A DNA stretch of 64,000 bases, taken from the NCBI GenBank assembly GCA_009914755.4, contig CP068257.2, positions 33,888,001 to 33,952,000 on the forward strand, in the 5' to 3' direction. Position numbers and translations under genes: made by a program. The first letter of the stretch is position 1, and each line of letters begins with the position of its first letter. The DNA comes from the human T2T-CHM13v2.0 reference genome, Homo sapiens. Positions 42,297 to 53,945 of the stretch are shown one piece after another. The notes under the pieces are model-generated. The model saw nothing but the letters and a program-made list of their open reading frames with translations, did no database searches and was not told where the DNA came from.

Positions 42297-45200
42297 CATG
42301 CTTCTTCACCTTAAAATATACCTAGAAGATTACTTCATGAAAACAAATCTTCCTCATTTTTTTACACAGCTGCTTCTGTATGGATGTACCACAATTAATT
42401 TAACCAATCAACCAACAGCTGATGGACATATGGGTTGTTTCTAGACTTTTCTGTTTATAAACCATGCTTCAATAAATAATCTAGTGCAAATATCATTTTA
42501 TATTTTGCCAGTATCTTTGGGATTGTCTTCCTGAAATGGTACTGCTGGTTCAAAGGGTAAATCCTCGAGTACTCTAAATAGTGCCAAATTTCCCTCTACA
42601 GAGCTGTGTCATGTTGTACTCCCACTAGCAATGCACAAAGTGACACTTACTCCAGCCTTACCATAGAATGTGTTGTCAAACTTTTTCATGTTTACCAATC
42701 CCATAGTTGAGAAACAGCATCTCAGTATAGTTCGAGTTTGCATTTTAGCCAGTTACCCTTCTAATGGGGAACCAAATCATTTTTCCCTCGACATCTGCAT
42801 TCACACCTACAGATGTTTTCTAATCTCCCTTTGCTGGCACAGTAATTTCTGTTCTCCCCCAAAATCCCCCACCCCCTCATTTAGGACCACAGACTAGGTG
42901 GAATTTCACCACCTGACTCTCCCTTCCATGGTGGAACCAAGCTTGCCTCAAATGCAGTTCTGGAGCGACAGTATCCTGGGCTAGAAGCAATGGGAAAGGC
43001 AAAAAAATGCAACTTTGCAACTCTTTCCAGAAATATATTTTTCAATAATTATAGATGTCATTACTGTTACATCACAACTTTCATTTTCCCTTCCTTGCTC
43101 AGAAAATACCACCGTAATGGATTCAAATATTATGGGAACAAGTTGTTAGAAGAGAACACATTATCTTATTCTGCCACCTGGACTTTGAGTTCCGAGGCCC
43201 TGGGTTGGTAAACTCTAAAGAAGATAAGCTGGGCTCCTCATCTATGTTAGCTATGCTCATAAGGACATCTGGGGTCACATTCTTTTTGCAGCCATGGATC
43301 AGACTTGGGAAAAAAAGATAAGAATAAACCATTGTAAAATTCAGCTACAACTTAACATCATGGTGGCAGAAAGAGAAAGAGTCAAAGTGAACCCAATTGC
43401 CAAAGCATTACTACGAAATAAAAGTCAACCTCTCCTGATATCTCCTGCCATTTCTTTCTGGGAAACTCTGTCCACATGGCATGGACTTCCTCAGCAGGGG
43501 GACTGAGTCCTGGAAATGCATGGAGCTCTCCAGGCACTGACAGGAACTGACCAGGCTAACCAGACCTCCAAGGACTCACCCACAATCCCGCCATCGGGCC
43601 AGTGCTTTTGTTCTCTGCTCTGTCTCACACTGTCCTCTGGAGAGGTTTAGGCTCTAAAGCCAAAACCCTCACCCTTTCCACAAACAGAGTTTGTAATATT
43701 TTAGTGTAATTTCACCGAGCATGTTGGGAAATGAAATAGCAGTCCACACCCAGCGGTCTACTTAAAATATCAGCAAGAAAGGCAAAAATTCACTCCCAGG
43801 GTGGCAAAAAGCCATTCCAATCCTCAGAGAATGAGCTCAGACATCTACTGAGAACCAAAAAGCATCATCTGCAGAGGGTAGACTGTTTAATCAAAATGGG
43901 CACACTGGTTTCAAGAGTATGAAGGTCTAACCTCACATGTGCTTTGGTCGGGAGAAGCAAAAAAGCAGAAGAAGGAACTGGGGGCCACATTTAGATCCAG
44001 ATTACTGGACAGAAAAGTATAGTCATAAAAACTCAGAATCAGACGGTGGGTTGGCAGCAAATGACTTTTTTCCCATTAAGTAGTTTGTGGGTGGAGGCAG
44101 ATCTCCAAATACTTCGTGGCAGTGCCACTGAGTAAAGCATGGCTCGTGCCTCGATTGGTTAATACCAACACTGACACATGCTCCATCCTCCTGTGGAACA
44201 AGAAATACTTTCACTGATATTATTTTTGGGTAGATGAGCTGAGACCTTTCTTCCTTTCTCTGGTCAAATTACTTAGCATGCATGATACATTAAACTAAAA
44301 ACTGTCCACAGAAGTGGCAATACTTAAGTAGTGATGATCTCATTTATTTGAGGTTTGACACAAGCCAGCAGAGTGTTTATGACTCCCAAGCAGGCATCAA
44401 CAAACCCCAAAGGCTGTTATCAATACTAAGTATTTGCCTTAACTAGGACATTCCAAGAGTGGCTTCCCATAGTGGTCAAGTGGTAACCTCTGTGGTCAGC
44501 TTTACTTGGTGTTACAAGTTATATAAGATAAATACTGGAAGACCTGGTTTAAATTCCATCTACCTGGGCTGATGGTCTGTGCCAAAGAATACATTGTCAT
44601 TAGCATGTTCAGTTGAGAATTACATCAGATTGCAATGAGTGTAATGACCTCAAACATTTACAGGTAAGACCAGGGACTTACTATGGTGTGCCACTAATGT
44701 AAAGAGACTGTACAACAGTGTCCTTCAAACCTTAAAGTGCATGCAGATCACCCAGGGATCTTGCTTAACTGCAAACTCTGATGCAGTAGGTCTGAGATTC
44801 TGGATTTCTAAGAAGCTTCCAGGGAATGCCCCTGTAATTGGGATGTAGTTGGTCCATGGCACCCACTCTGAGTAGCAAAGCTGTAAAAAACACCAAATGT
44901 AGAATTCAAATAATTTTTCTCCCTTCAAGGCAGTCCTAGGAATGTAAATTCCAAAATTGTAGCCATTGCTCAAGATGTTATTTAATATCTCTCTTAGATA
45001 CAATTTTGCAATGTGTTCTAAAATCAGTTCAGGTATTTTCTAGTTACTCGTTCCTTTTGGCTCCTGATAATAATGCTCCATTGGATCGTTCAACTCATCT
45101 GCCAGCCTTGGTGCCAAAAAAGGCATGAATTCAAAAGATGGGCTCCTGCGTCCACGGGCAAGTAAACATTTTTCAAAGTTGTGTGGAGCAATGGGAACTG

Positions 45201-46380
45201 TTCTAAAAGGACCTGCAATCGTTTGGAAACTAAAGTCAAATCTGCTAGTTAAATACTAGTCTTGATCATTAGCTCTTCCATGCAAAAACAATCAAACAAT
45301 AATAATAGTAATAATATAACTAGTACTTAAATGCATTTTGGTTTTGTTTTGTTTTGTTTTTGAGACACGATCTCACTCTGTTAAGGTGCATTTAGCCATT
45401 GGCTATAAGCATGCTATAACAGTTTGTTTGTTTTTTTTTCCCACATCACCTCTGGGCAGCATCCGGGAACTCTGTGGGACTACATCGATGCAATGTCAAT
45501 GAAATAATAATAATCTTTATATCATATGGTGATATTATTCACATTTGTATTTGCTATATAAGATTTACTATGTGACAGGCACATTTCTCAGGGCTGTTTT
45601 ACATGCATCCACTTATCTGAGCCTCACAGCAACTCTACAATCAAGTCACCCTTCTTACCTCCATGTGCAGGCTGAGACACCTGAGGCATAGAGCAATACA
45701 GTAGGGTGGGTGGTTCCAGCAAGCTGGTGAAAAATCAAGAGCCCAGGCTCTATCACTCCTGCATCTTGGTGGCTGCTGTCATTAGGAGTTGGTTTGCTTG
45801 ACCCAGATAGATAAGTGAAAGCCAAAACCCACTATGACTTCTGTGGAGCTTGGACTCCCCAACACCCATTTCCCACCTTTGCAGCTGCCTGTGCATGGTG
45901 ATCATGCCACAGCAGGGAGGTTCGGCCTGGCCTTGGCATGCTGAAGTCCAGGAGGAAGCACTGAGTTAAGCTCACAAGTAAGAATCAAGGACATTTGGGT
46001 CACCATTTGAAAAACCCTTGTTATAAGGGTTTTTCAACATCACGAAACATTTTTATTTTGTGCACGAAGGAAGAATTGCTTCATACAGTGGTAAAAAAAA
46101 AAATTCTATGAAACCTCTGCATTGGAAATGGCTAAAAAATATTAGGACCAGTTGTAGATCAAGATGTTTTATCAGGTTCCCTTGTTAAGTGGTCTGTTCT
46201 GGAGCTCCTAAGACATGCCAGGAGATCTGGCAGTAAGTTAAGAATGACTTCAAAGACAGTCCTGCTAAAATAGATACTAAGCATGGCACCCTGGGTCTGG
46301 CTTCAGGTAGTAATTGATGTTTGGGAGGTACACATTTTATTTTATGAAAGGAACAGATAAGTTTAACATCATCAGATATT

Positions 46381-46432
46381 TCTCTCTCTCGCTCGCTCTC
46401 TCTCTCTCTCTCCCCCCCTCCCTCCCTCTCTC
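46381..46432. repeat. (CT)n / C-rich simple repeat
   Basis: tctctctctcgctcgctctctctctctctccccccctccctccctctctctgg. Confidence 0.9.
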
Positions 46433-46939
46433 TGGAAGCAAAGAGTATGTTTGCTGTGTGTGAATCAATTTAAACTGGTGTGTGATGGAAATATTTCATG
46501 GTGAGTTGCCCGTGTAACTGAAAAAAATTATAATAATAGCAAACACTTAAATGGTTTATGCTGTTTATAAGTATTAGCTATTTTAATCAACAAATTGATC
46601 CTATGAGACAGGTACTGTTATCATTCCTATTTTTCTAATGCAGAAACTCTATAGAGAAGTTCTGTGACTCAACTGAAGGGCCAGATGGGGAGTAAGCCAT
46701 GGGGATAGAATTTAAGTTGGGGCAGTCTGTCCTCAGTGCCATTGCTCCTGCCCTCCAGGAACACTGCCTCTCCATCAAAGTTCCTCTCCTGATCTTACCT
46801 CCAGGGACCTCTGCACAGGCTCTTCCCCTTTTCCTGCAGTGTCAAAATCCTGCCCCTAGTCCTCAAGGAATGACTCCTCTGGAGTCCCTCAGGTTTAGAG
46901 TTGCCAGATAAAATGCAGGATCAAACATTGCATAGAAGA

Positions 46940-47222
46940 GCTTGGGCACGGTGGCTCACGCTTGTAATCCCAACACTTTAGGAGGCTGAGGCAGGAGGAT
47001 TGCTTGAAGCCAGGAGTTCAAGACCAGGCCAAGACCAGGGCAACACAGTGAGATCCCATCTCTGAAAACAAAATTAGTTGGGCATAGTGGCACATGCCTG
47101 TAGTCCCAACTACTCAGGAGGCTGAGACGAGAGGATCACTGGAGGCTGAGGCTGCAGTGAGCTATGATCATGCCATTGCACTCCAGCCTGGGTGGCAGAG
47201 TGAGACCATCTCTAAATATGTA
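46940..47222 (+). mobile_element. Alu SINE (older subfamily), forward orientation, followed by a (CA)/(TACA)-rich simple repeat to ~47300
   Basis: gcttgggcacggtggctcacgcttgtaatcccaacactttaggaggctgaggcaggaggattgcttgaagccaggagttcaagaccaggcc...gcaacacagtgagatcccatctctgaaaacaaaattagttgggcatagtggcacatgcctgtagtcccaactactcaggaggctgagacgagaggatcactggaggctgaggctgcagtgagctatgatcatgccattgcactccagcctgggtggcagagtgagaccatctc then tatttatacacacacacaaactatacacacatacatgtgcacacacacgtataaacatacatacat. Confidence 0.9.
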
Positions 47223-47382
47223 TTTATACACACACACAAACTATACACACATACATGTGCACACACACGTATAAACATACATACATATTATATATTGCAT
47301 AGAACATACTTATACTAAAATTCTGTTTGTTGTTTCTCTGAAATTCAAATTTAACTGGTTGTCCTATATTTGTATTTGCTAT

Positions 47383-47461
47383 TAGGTTGGTGCAAAAGTA
47401 ATTGCAGTTTTTGCCATGACTTTCAATGGCAAAAACTGCAATTACTTTTGCACCAACTTAA
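47383..47461. mobile_element. MADE1 (Hsmar1 mariner-derived MITE), ~80-bp near-perfect palindrome flanked by TA target duplication
   Basis: ttaggttggtgcaaaagtaattgcagtttttgccatgactttcaatggcaaaaactgcaattacttttgcaccaacttaa; matches MADE1 consensus ttaggttggtgcaaaagtaattgcggtttttgccattaaaagtaatggcaaaaaccgcaattacttttgcaccaacctaa; ta dinucleotide on both sides. Confidence 0.9.
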
Positions 47462-47647
47462 TATATTTCACATTCCTACTTAGAGATTAGCTTCAATACC
47501 TTCTCCTCAAAGGCCTTTCCACAGACTCAAGAGCACACCCCCTCCCCACATTGCCATTGTCTCCTCACTGTAAATCTCTGCATGGTACTCAAGCACATCT
47601 GACGCCTGCTATGAGAATGTCACCCAGTGAAGCAGAAGACAGACATG

Positions 47648-48067
47648 CTTGTCCATCTGGTCTACCACTCTATAGATTGGATAAAGATAATGTGGCACAT
47701 ATACACCATGGAATACTATGCAGCCATAAAAAAGGGATGTCCTTTGCAGGGACATGGATGAAGCTGGAAACCATGATTCTCAGCAAACTAACCCAAGAAC
47801 AGAAAACCAAACACCGCAGGTTCTCACTCATAAGTGGGAGTTGAACAATGAGAACACATGGACACAGGGAGGGGAGCATCACATACCAGGGCCTGTCAGC
47901 GGGTGGGGGGTTAGGGGAGGGATAGCATTAGGAGAAATACCTAATGTAGATGACGGGTTGATGTACAGCAAACCCACCATGGCACGTGTATACCTATGTA
48001 ACAAACCTGCACGTTCTGCACATGTACCCTGGAACTTAAAGTATAATTTAAAAAGAAAAAAAAAAAA
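47648..48067 (+). mobile_element. L1 3' end fragment (~400 bp, L1PA-like 3'UTR with poly(A))
   Basis: tgtccatc...tagattggataaagataatgtggcacatatacaccatggaatactatgcagccataaaaaagggatgtcctttgcagggacatggatgaagctggaaaccatgattctcagcaaactaacccaagaacagaaaaccaaacaccgcaggttctcactcataagtgggagttgaacaatgagaacacatggacacagggaggggagcatcacataccagggcctgtcagcgggtggggggttaggggagggatagcattaggagaaatacctaatgtagatgacgggttgatgtacagcaaacccaccatggcacgtgtatacctatgtaacaaacctgcacgttctgcacatgtaccctggaacttaaagtataatttaaaaagaaaaaaaaaaaag. Confidence 0.9.
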
Positions 48068-48526
48068 GCCTAAACGAGTCTCTGATGAATAACAGGTATG
48101 TGATAACAGTATGTGGAAAGAATAAATGAATGTGTGTCACCTGCTGCAAGACTTCTGGAGGATGTTTCCTTACCTCCAGAGAACACAGAAAAGTTCACCA
48201 GAAGATGTGCTATACGTCCTTGTCTTTTCCATGTTTTGTGTGAGTAACTTGGAACTAAACACACGTTCCTAATTTCCTACTTCAAAGGCAATGAATTTCC
48301 CAGTGCCTGATGATTATTTATATTTTAAATATTTTGAAAGAAATGTCAGTTTCCTTGCAACAAATTAAGTGTATGTTCTTGAAAATGGAGAGCACGATCC
48401 CCTCAGCATGCATATGGTAAATGCCCTCAAACACGCAAACAGAGTCCACGTCTTTGAAAAACACTTTCAACACAATAACAGCCAGGAAGAAGTGGTCTAT
48501 TTTTATACAGCAGCCCCCACATGACA

Positions 48527-48634
48527 CAGCAAATCAAACACATTATTTCACTAATTCTTTTTTACCTGTTGCTTCAGGTGAATAAAGTCACAATGTGTGT
48601 AGAACAAGTGAGTGACCCTTTACAAAGACTCTTG
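48527..48634 (+). other. Copy A of a ~108-bp duplicated unit carrying exon-like splice architecture: branch point ctaat, polypyrimidine tract ttcttttttacctgttgcttcag, 31-nt core GTGAATAAAGTCACAATGTGTGTAGAACAAG, donor gtgagtgacc (partner at 53026-53133)
   Basis: cagcaaatcaaacacattatttcactaattcttttttacctgttgcttcaggtgaataaagtcacaatgtgtgtagaacaagtgagtgaccctttacaaagactcttg aligns with the second copy at ~94% identity; the AG and GTGAGT signals are conserved in both copies. Confidence 0.5.
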
Positions 48635-49258
48635 TTCCCCCTAGAGATTTCATTGTGGCAAGGAAATAGCTCTAGAGTAGATCATTTTTAACCTAGTGAA
48701 CAGCCACAATGAAGGTTTGATAAAAGATGAACCAAATGAAGTAAGAACAGGAAGCTTGAGACTCTCTGCTCTGCTCAATCCATACCATTTCCAGAACGGG
48801 TCAAGCACTCAGAAGTGCCCTGTGGCTGTCTGGCACTAGAAACTCATGGAAGGTAAATTTTTTATGTTTTATTTTTCATTAAAACAGACTAAGAAATTGC
48901 CTAAAGGCAAGTTCCATATGTTTGGCTGTTGTTTAAACCTTAGTTTCTTAAATACATTTGAATAAAACTATGACAGAAGAATCATTGGTCGCTAATTTTT
49001 AAAAGAGTAAATATTAGGTAAAGATAAAATGAATTACTGACTTTATTTCATAGTTATAATATCTTAAGTTGGAAAGACTCTTTTACTTTAATCATTGTGG
49101 GGAAGAAGTATAAGAAAAATTTTAAGACTATTGGGGTGCAAACCACAGGGTGTAGCCTATATCTACTCCACATGCACCCTTCTGAAGTTCTTATATCCTA
49201 ACCTCATTTTTCATCCAACCTTAAATGATACCACAAAAATGCACTTACCGACCAAGCC

Positions 49259-49571
<313 letters not shown>

Positions 49572-50489
49572 CCAAGCCTTTTTTTTTTAATGTCAGAACT
49601 TTTCTCCAAGTGAAAAACACCAATAATACACACCCTCCATTTTCCCACAAATCCCTCTTCTTTCCCCATATCTTATCAACCTTTCAACGAATTGGTCAAC
49701 ACTCTCCATTAACAAACTTTTAAAGTAAGAAAAATGGATGATGACTGCTTAAAATGAGAATCCTACTGTAAAAATCATTGATTCTTTATCTGGAAATTCC
49801 AAAATGTCACCCAATGTAAAATGAACTGGCTTAAGGAGAATTTTATACTAAACTTTCTCATAAAATGTTATTTTTTAAAAATAGGGAGGAGTGAAAATGA
49901 ACTTACTGGGAGGTACAGCAAACTAGCAAACTACTTATTTTGTATTTGGGGGAATGTGTGGAACCATTTAGAGGTACAGAAACCCTCTCTGAAAGAAAGA
50001 ATGATTTGACAATGTTATCTGAAACTTCCCAATGCCAATCTTTTCAAAGTCTAGCTGTTTTATTAGTTACTGAGAGAGGGATATCAAAATCTCCACCTAT
50101 GGTTGTGAATTTATCTATTTTTTCCTTTAATTTTGTCAGCTTTTGCTGACAAGTCATAGCTCAAATTTGGGAAACACTGTTTCGGGAGACCACAGAGGAG
50201 ATACAACCGTGGAACCAAATGAACCATGATGTAGCTCTCTGAACTGATGTTCACAGAAGTCACTGCCCTACACATTTGGCAATTCTATTTTAAGATATGA
50301 CCATGTTTTGGTCTATATGCAAACCTTTCCCTGAAGTGCCATTCACCTTTTCCTGAATTGTCATTTTTCTCAAACTGTTGACTAAGGATGAACATCTGTT
50401 AAGAAGTGCCACCTCCTGTCTGAGAAACATGGAGCATGTAAAGCCACTGTAGGGAAGATGACATGCAATCACTATAACGCACGGGCTTT

Positions 50490-50700
50490 CCTTTAAGTCA
50501 GCTTTGCCATGTAATCTCTTCAGCATGCATTAGCTGTGTAGCCATTGGGATGTTTCTTAACTGCTATGAACTCAATTACATCATCTGTAAAATGTCTTTG
50601 AAATAACTATCTCATTAGGTTGAAGGCCATGAGGATTTAATGAGATAAAGTATATATAAACTGCTGTTCATATAGTAGGTGCTCAATAAATGCTAGCTTC
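50490..50700 (+). mobile_element. MIR fragment
   Basis: gccatgtaatctcttcagcatgcattagctgtgtagccattgggatgtttcttaactgctatgaactcaattacatcatctgtaaaatgtctttgaaataactatctcattaggttgaaggccatgaggatttaatgagataaagtatatataaactgctgttcatatagtaggtgctcaataaatgctagc vs MIR consensus ...ctagctgtgtgaccttgggcaagttacttaacctctctgtgcctcagtttcctcatctgtaaaatgggg...ggttgttgtgaggattaaatgagttaatacatgtaaagcgcttagaacagtgcctggcacatagtaagcgctcaataaatg. Confidence 0.75.
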
Positions 50701-53025
50701 CCTTCTGCATTTCCGTTTATATGCTAGCAAGGTCAAGAGCAGATGCATAAACAAGACCGAATTTTCTAGTCCGTATTTATAAGATCTTAACTCATGTTCA
50801 GTAATTAACACTAATATACACAAATGAATATAGAACAAAATGACTTATACACACTTTCAGGTATCTCACACACAAATGCTTTAAATGCCGTTGAAAAGTT
50901 TTGGGACCTTTTCAGTCACTTTGAATATTCGGTTCATCGATCTTCCTTTGCCCCCAGGCACCATTTGGGGGTCTCACCATATCCTTCTCTCTGTGACTCC
51001 TCTGGTTGGTGCCATGGCTGGCAAAGTCCTAAGGGATGCCAAGAGAATTCCCCTCCATCAGAGCATCTGGAGAAGCACACCACCTACAGAGCTCCTGGGA
51101 CAGGTCCAGGAGGTTAAATGTCTGTTTAGAACCATTATCCATTCTCTATTACACACACAGGGGACAGTCCACGACCATTCATTGCATCAAGATCAAAACA
51201 TAATGTGTTGCAGGTAGGGAAGATACACATCACTTGGCAATTGCATTGCATTTGCTATTCAGGTTCTCAAAGCCTTGAAAGACAGCAAATGTCTACAATT
51301 CCCCAGTGCGAGATGATGGGAGATATAAACTAAATGGCAGAGATCAAAATCTCTTCTTTGGCATTCCGCAACACTTGAGACAGCTTAGTGCCAAGAGCAC
51401 CAGATTTAGAGTCTAAAGACCTGGATGTGAACCTGAATTTTAGTTTAGATACTGGTATGTTTCCGAACCTCAAATACAAGACCTGTAAGATGGGGATAAT
51501 AAAGACTTCCTCCTGGTGTTACTGTTCAAGAATCAGATAAAGCAAATATGTGAGATATTGGGATCATCTTTGCTTACCTTGTAAAAGGCAGACTCTAAAT
51601 CATTTCTAGGAATTATCAAGGTCTATACCTTCAGTGCTGTAACTATTCTCACGTTTTGCCAGTAGCTTTCCTCCAGCTGGAGTAAATTGTAAAATCCCTC
51701 ACTGGTATCATGATGCTGTTTAAGGAGGTGGTTTTTCAGATGAGAGCACCGAGGCCAATGTAAATGCCACATGCATCAAATTCATGTGTGCTGATTCAAA
51801 GACTAATAGTCTTTTAGCTCTGCACCTTCTTTGTGACAAAATAAATTTGTCATCAGTAATGAAACTTAAAACTTGGCTGGCAAATCCTTAATGCTCTTTG
51901 CCTTTAAAATAAAATTTGAAAAACCTTCAGTTCTATGTATTGACATCTTTACCTCTGATATATTAACAAACCATTAGCAGTTTAAGGGCTGAAAGGCCCA
52001 AGTAGTGTTATGCATGACGTCTGGGACATAGCTGAAATTCAAGGGTCTCACACCATGACCTGCCCATTATTTCAACTGAAACCTCACTCCCGCACCTCGG
52101 GCACCCTAGGCACAGGGGATATTCTCAGAAAATGGAACATAAATGGCATTGGAACATGGAGACAAGACCTTATTAACTAGAATTATCACTCGACTTTGGA
52201 AATTACTTTAAAACTGAATGCCATTCTCATGGATAGTAAAATATGACACCCAAGGCGGTTCTCAACACTTTGAAATCATTTGAGTTTGGATTAGACAAAA
52301 CTCCATAAAATATACACATTTGCATGCACAGAGAAAGATCAAGATTATGTGTACATGTACTTAGCTTACGAATTATAAGTGGATTTTTTGTGTATTTTTA
52401 CATTGTTTATACCCACATATAGGCATATATGAATATTTACAACGAAGCCAAAATTTTTTTAAACGTACTCCAAATCAAGTTAATACTCATTAAGAAAGGA
52501 AGAACAAAATACAGCAAATTCTCCATTATTTGTGTCAATAAGGTTAAGGCACAGGTTCAGATTTTGCTTTGAAATGCAGAATGTGATGATTTTGCAGCAT
52601 GCTTATTCATATTAAAATTTTCCCCTCAGGACAGGTGGAGAATAGCTAACTCCACAGCTATGAGAAGTAGCCTGGGGGTGAATCAAACAACAAAATATAC
52701 TAGGTGCATGGAATTTTACTTGGAAGTCACAATATTCCCATTTTCCAGGTAAGAAAACTGAGTCTTAAACCACAGTGGTAATAAAGAAAAAATTGTTCAT
52801 GACATGTGTTAAAGACAGGAAGGAAGACTTTATTCAATGGGAGACTATTGTAATAGGTATAGGGGCCACTGCAATATAATTTTTGAATGGGAGAGACAGA
52901 TTGGAACGAATTCCAAATACAGCAAGACCAAGTGGAAATTTACAGCCAAGGAACAGGGTAGGGACCAGTGGATGGAAAATTAATAAGAGGAAACATCAGA
53001 GGTAAGGGGAACGTACTTACTTAAT

Positions 53026-53133
53026 ACAGCAAATCAAACACACTATTTCACTAATTCTTTTTTACCTGTTGTTTCAGGTGAATGAAGTCACAATTTGTGT
53101 AGAACAAGTGAGTGACCCTTTACAAAAATTCTT
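53026..53133 (+). other. Copy B of the duplicated exon-like unit (partner at 48527-48634)
   Basis: acagcaaatcaaacacactatttcactaattcttttttacctgttgtttcaggtgaatgaagtcacaatttgtgtagaacaagtgagtgaccctttacaaaaattctt. Confidence 0.5.
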
Positions 53134-53348
53134 AGCAGGACTCTTGCTGAAGACAGGCCAGGGTGATCACCCATTATGGGGGATGGTGAAGGATGAGGAA
53201 TCTGATCAGACATAGAAGGTGATCGAATATTGAGGGGGAGGGGTTCTGGGTCAACTGACTTAGCAGGATTCTTGCCAACACTGGACCATGCATGAGAATC
53301 CAAACATCAAGACCTAATCAGGGAGAGACTTTAGAAGGAGAGAATCTT

Positions 53349-53675
<327 letters not shown>

Positions 53676-53799
53676 TCAAAGCGTACCACAAAGGCTATTC
53701 CCATTTTCCTTTTATCTTTAGTTAACAAACACTTAAGTCAGTGTAACTGTGCACCAGGCACTATTGTAAAGAGCTTTATACATCTTAACTCAATTATCC

Positions 53800-53945
53800 C
53801 TCTGGACCACCCATGGAGGCAGTACCATTATTAGCTTTGTTGTACAGGTGAGGAAACTTAGGCCAGAGAGCTTAGTAACTTGCCAAAGATTGCATAGCTG
53901 GTAGGTGGAGGAGAAGGGATGGAGTGAATCTAGGTTTTGTGGGGC
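53800..53945 (-). mobile_element. MIR fragment (reverse orientation)
   Basis: ggaggcagtaccattattagctttgttgtacaggtgaggaaacttaggccagagagcttagtaacttgccaaagattgcatagctggtaggtggaggagaagggatggagtgaatctaggt vs reverse-complement MIR (cagatgaggaaactgaggcacagagaggttaagtaacttgcccaaggtcacacagctagtaagtggcagagccgggattcgaacccaggt). Confidence 0.75.

Noticed and set aside
45352-45380. Short Alu-tail-like fragment (ttttgagacacgatctcactctgtt) after (GTTTT)n
   Set aside because: Only about 25 bp of similarity with no Alu body following; too short to call.
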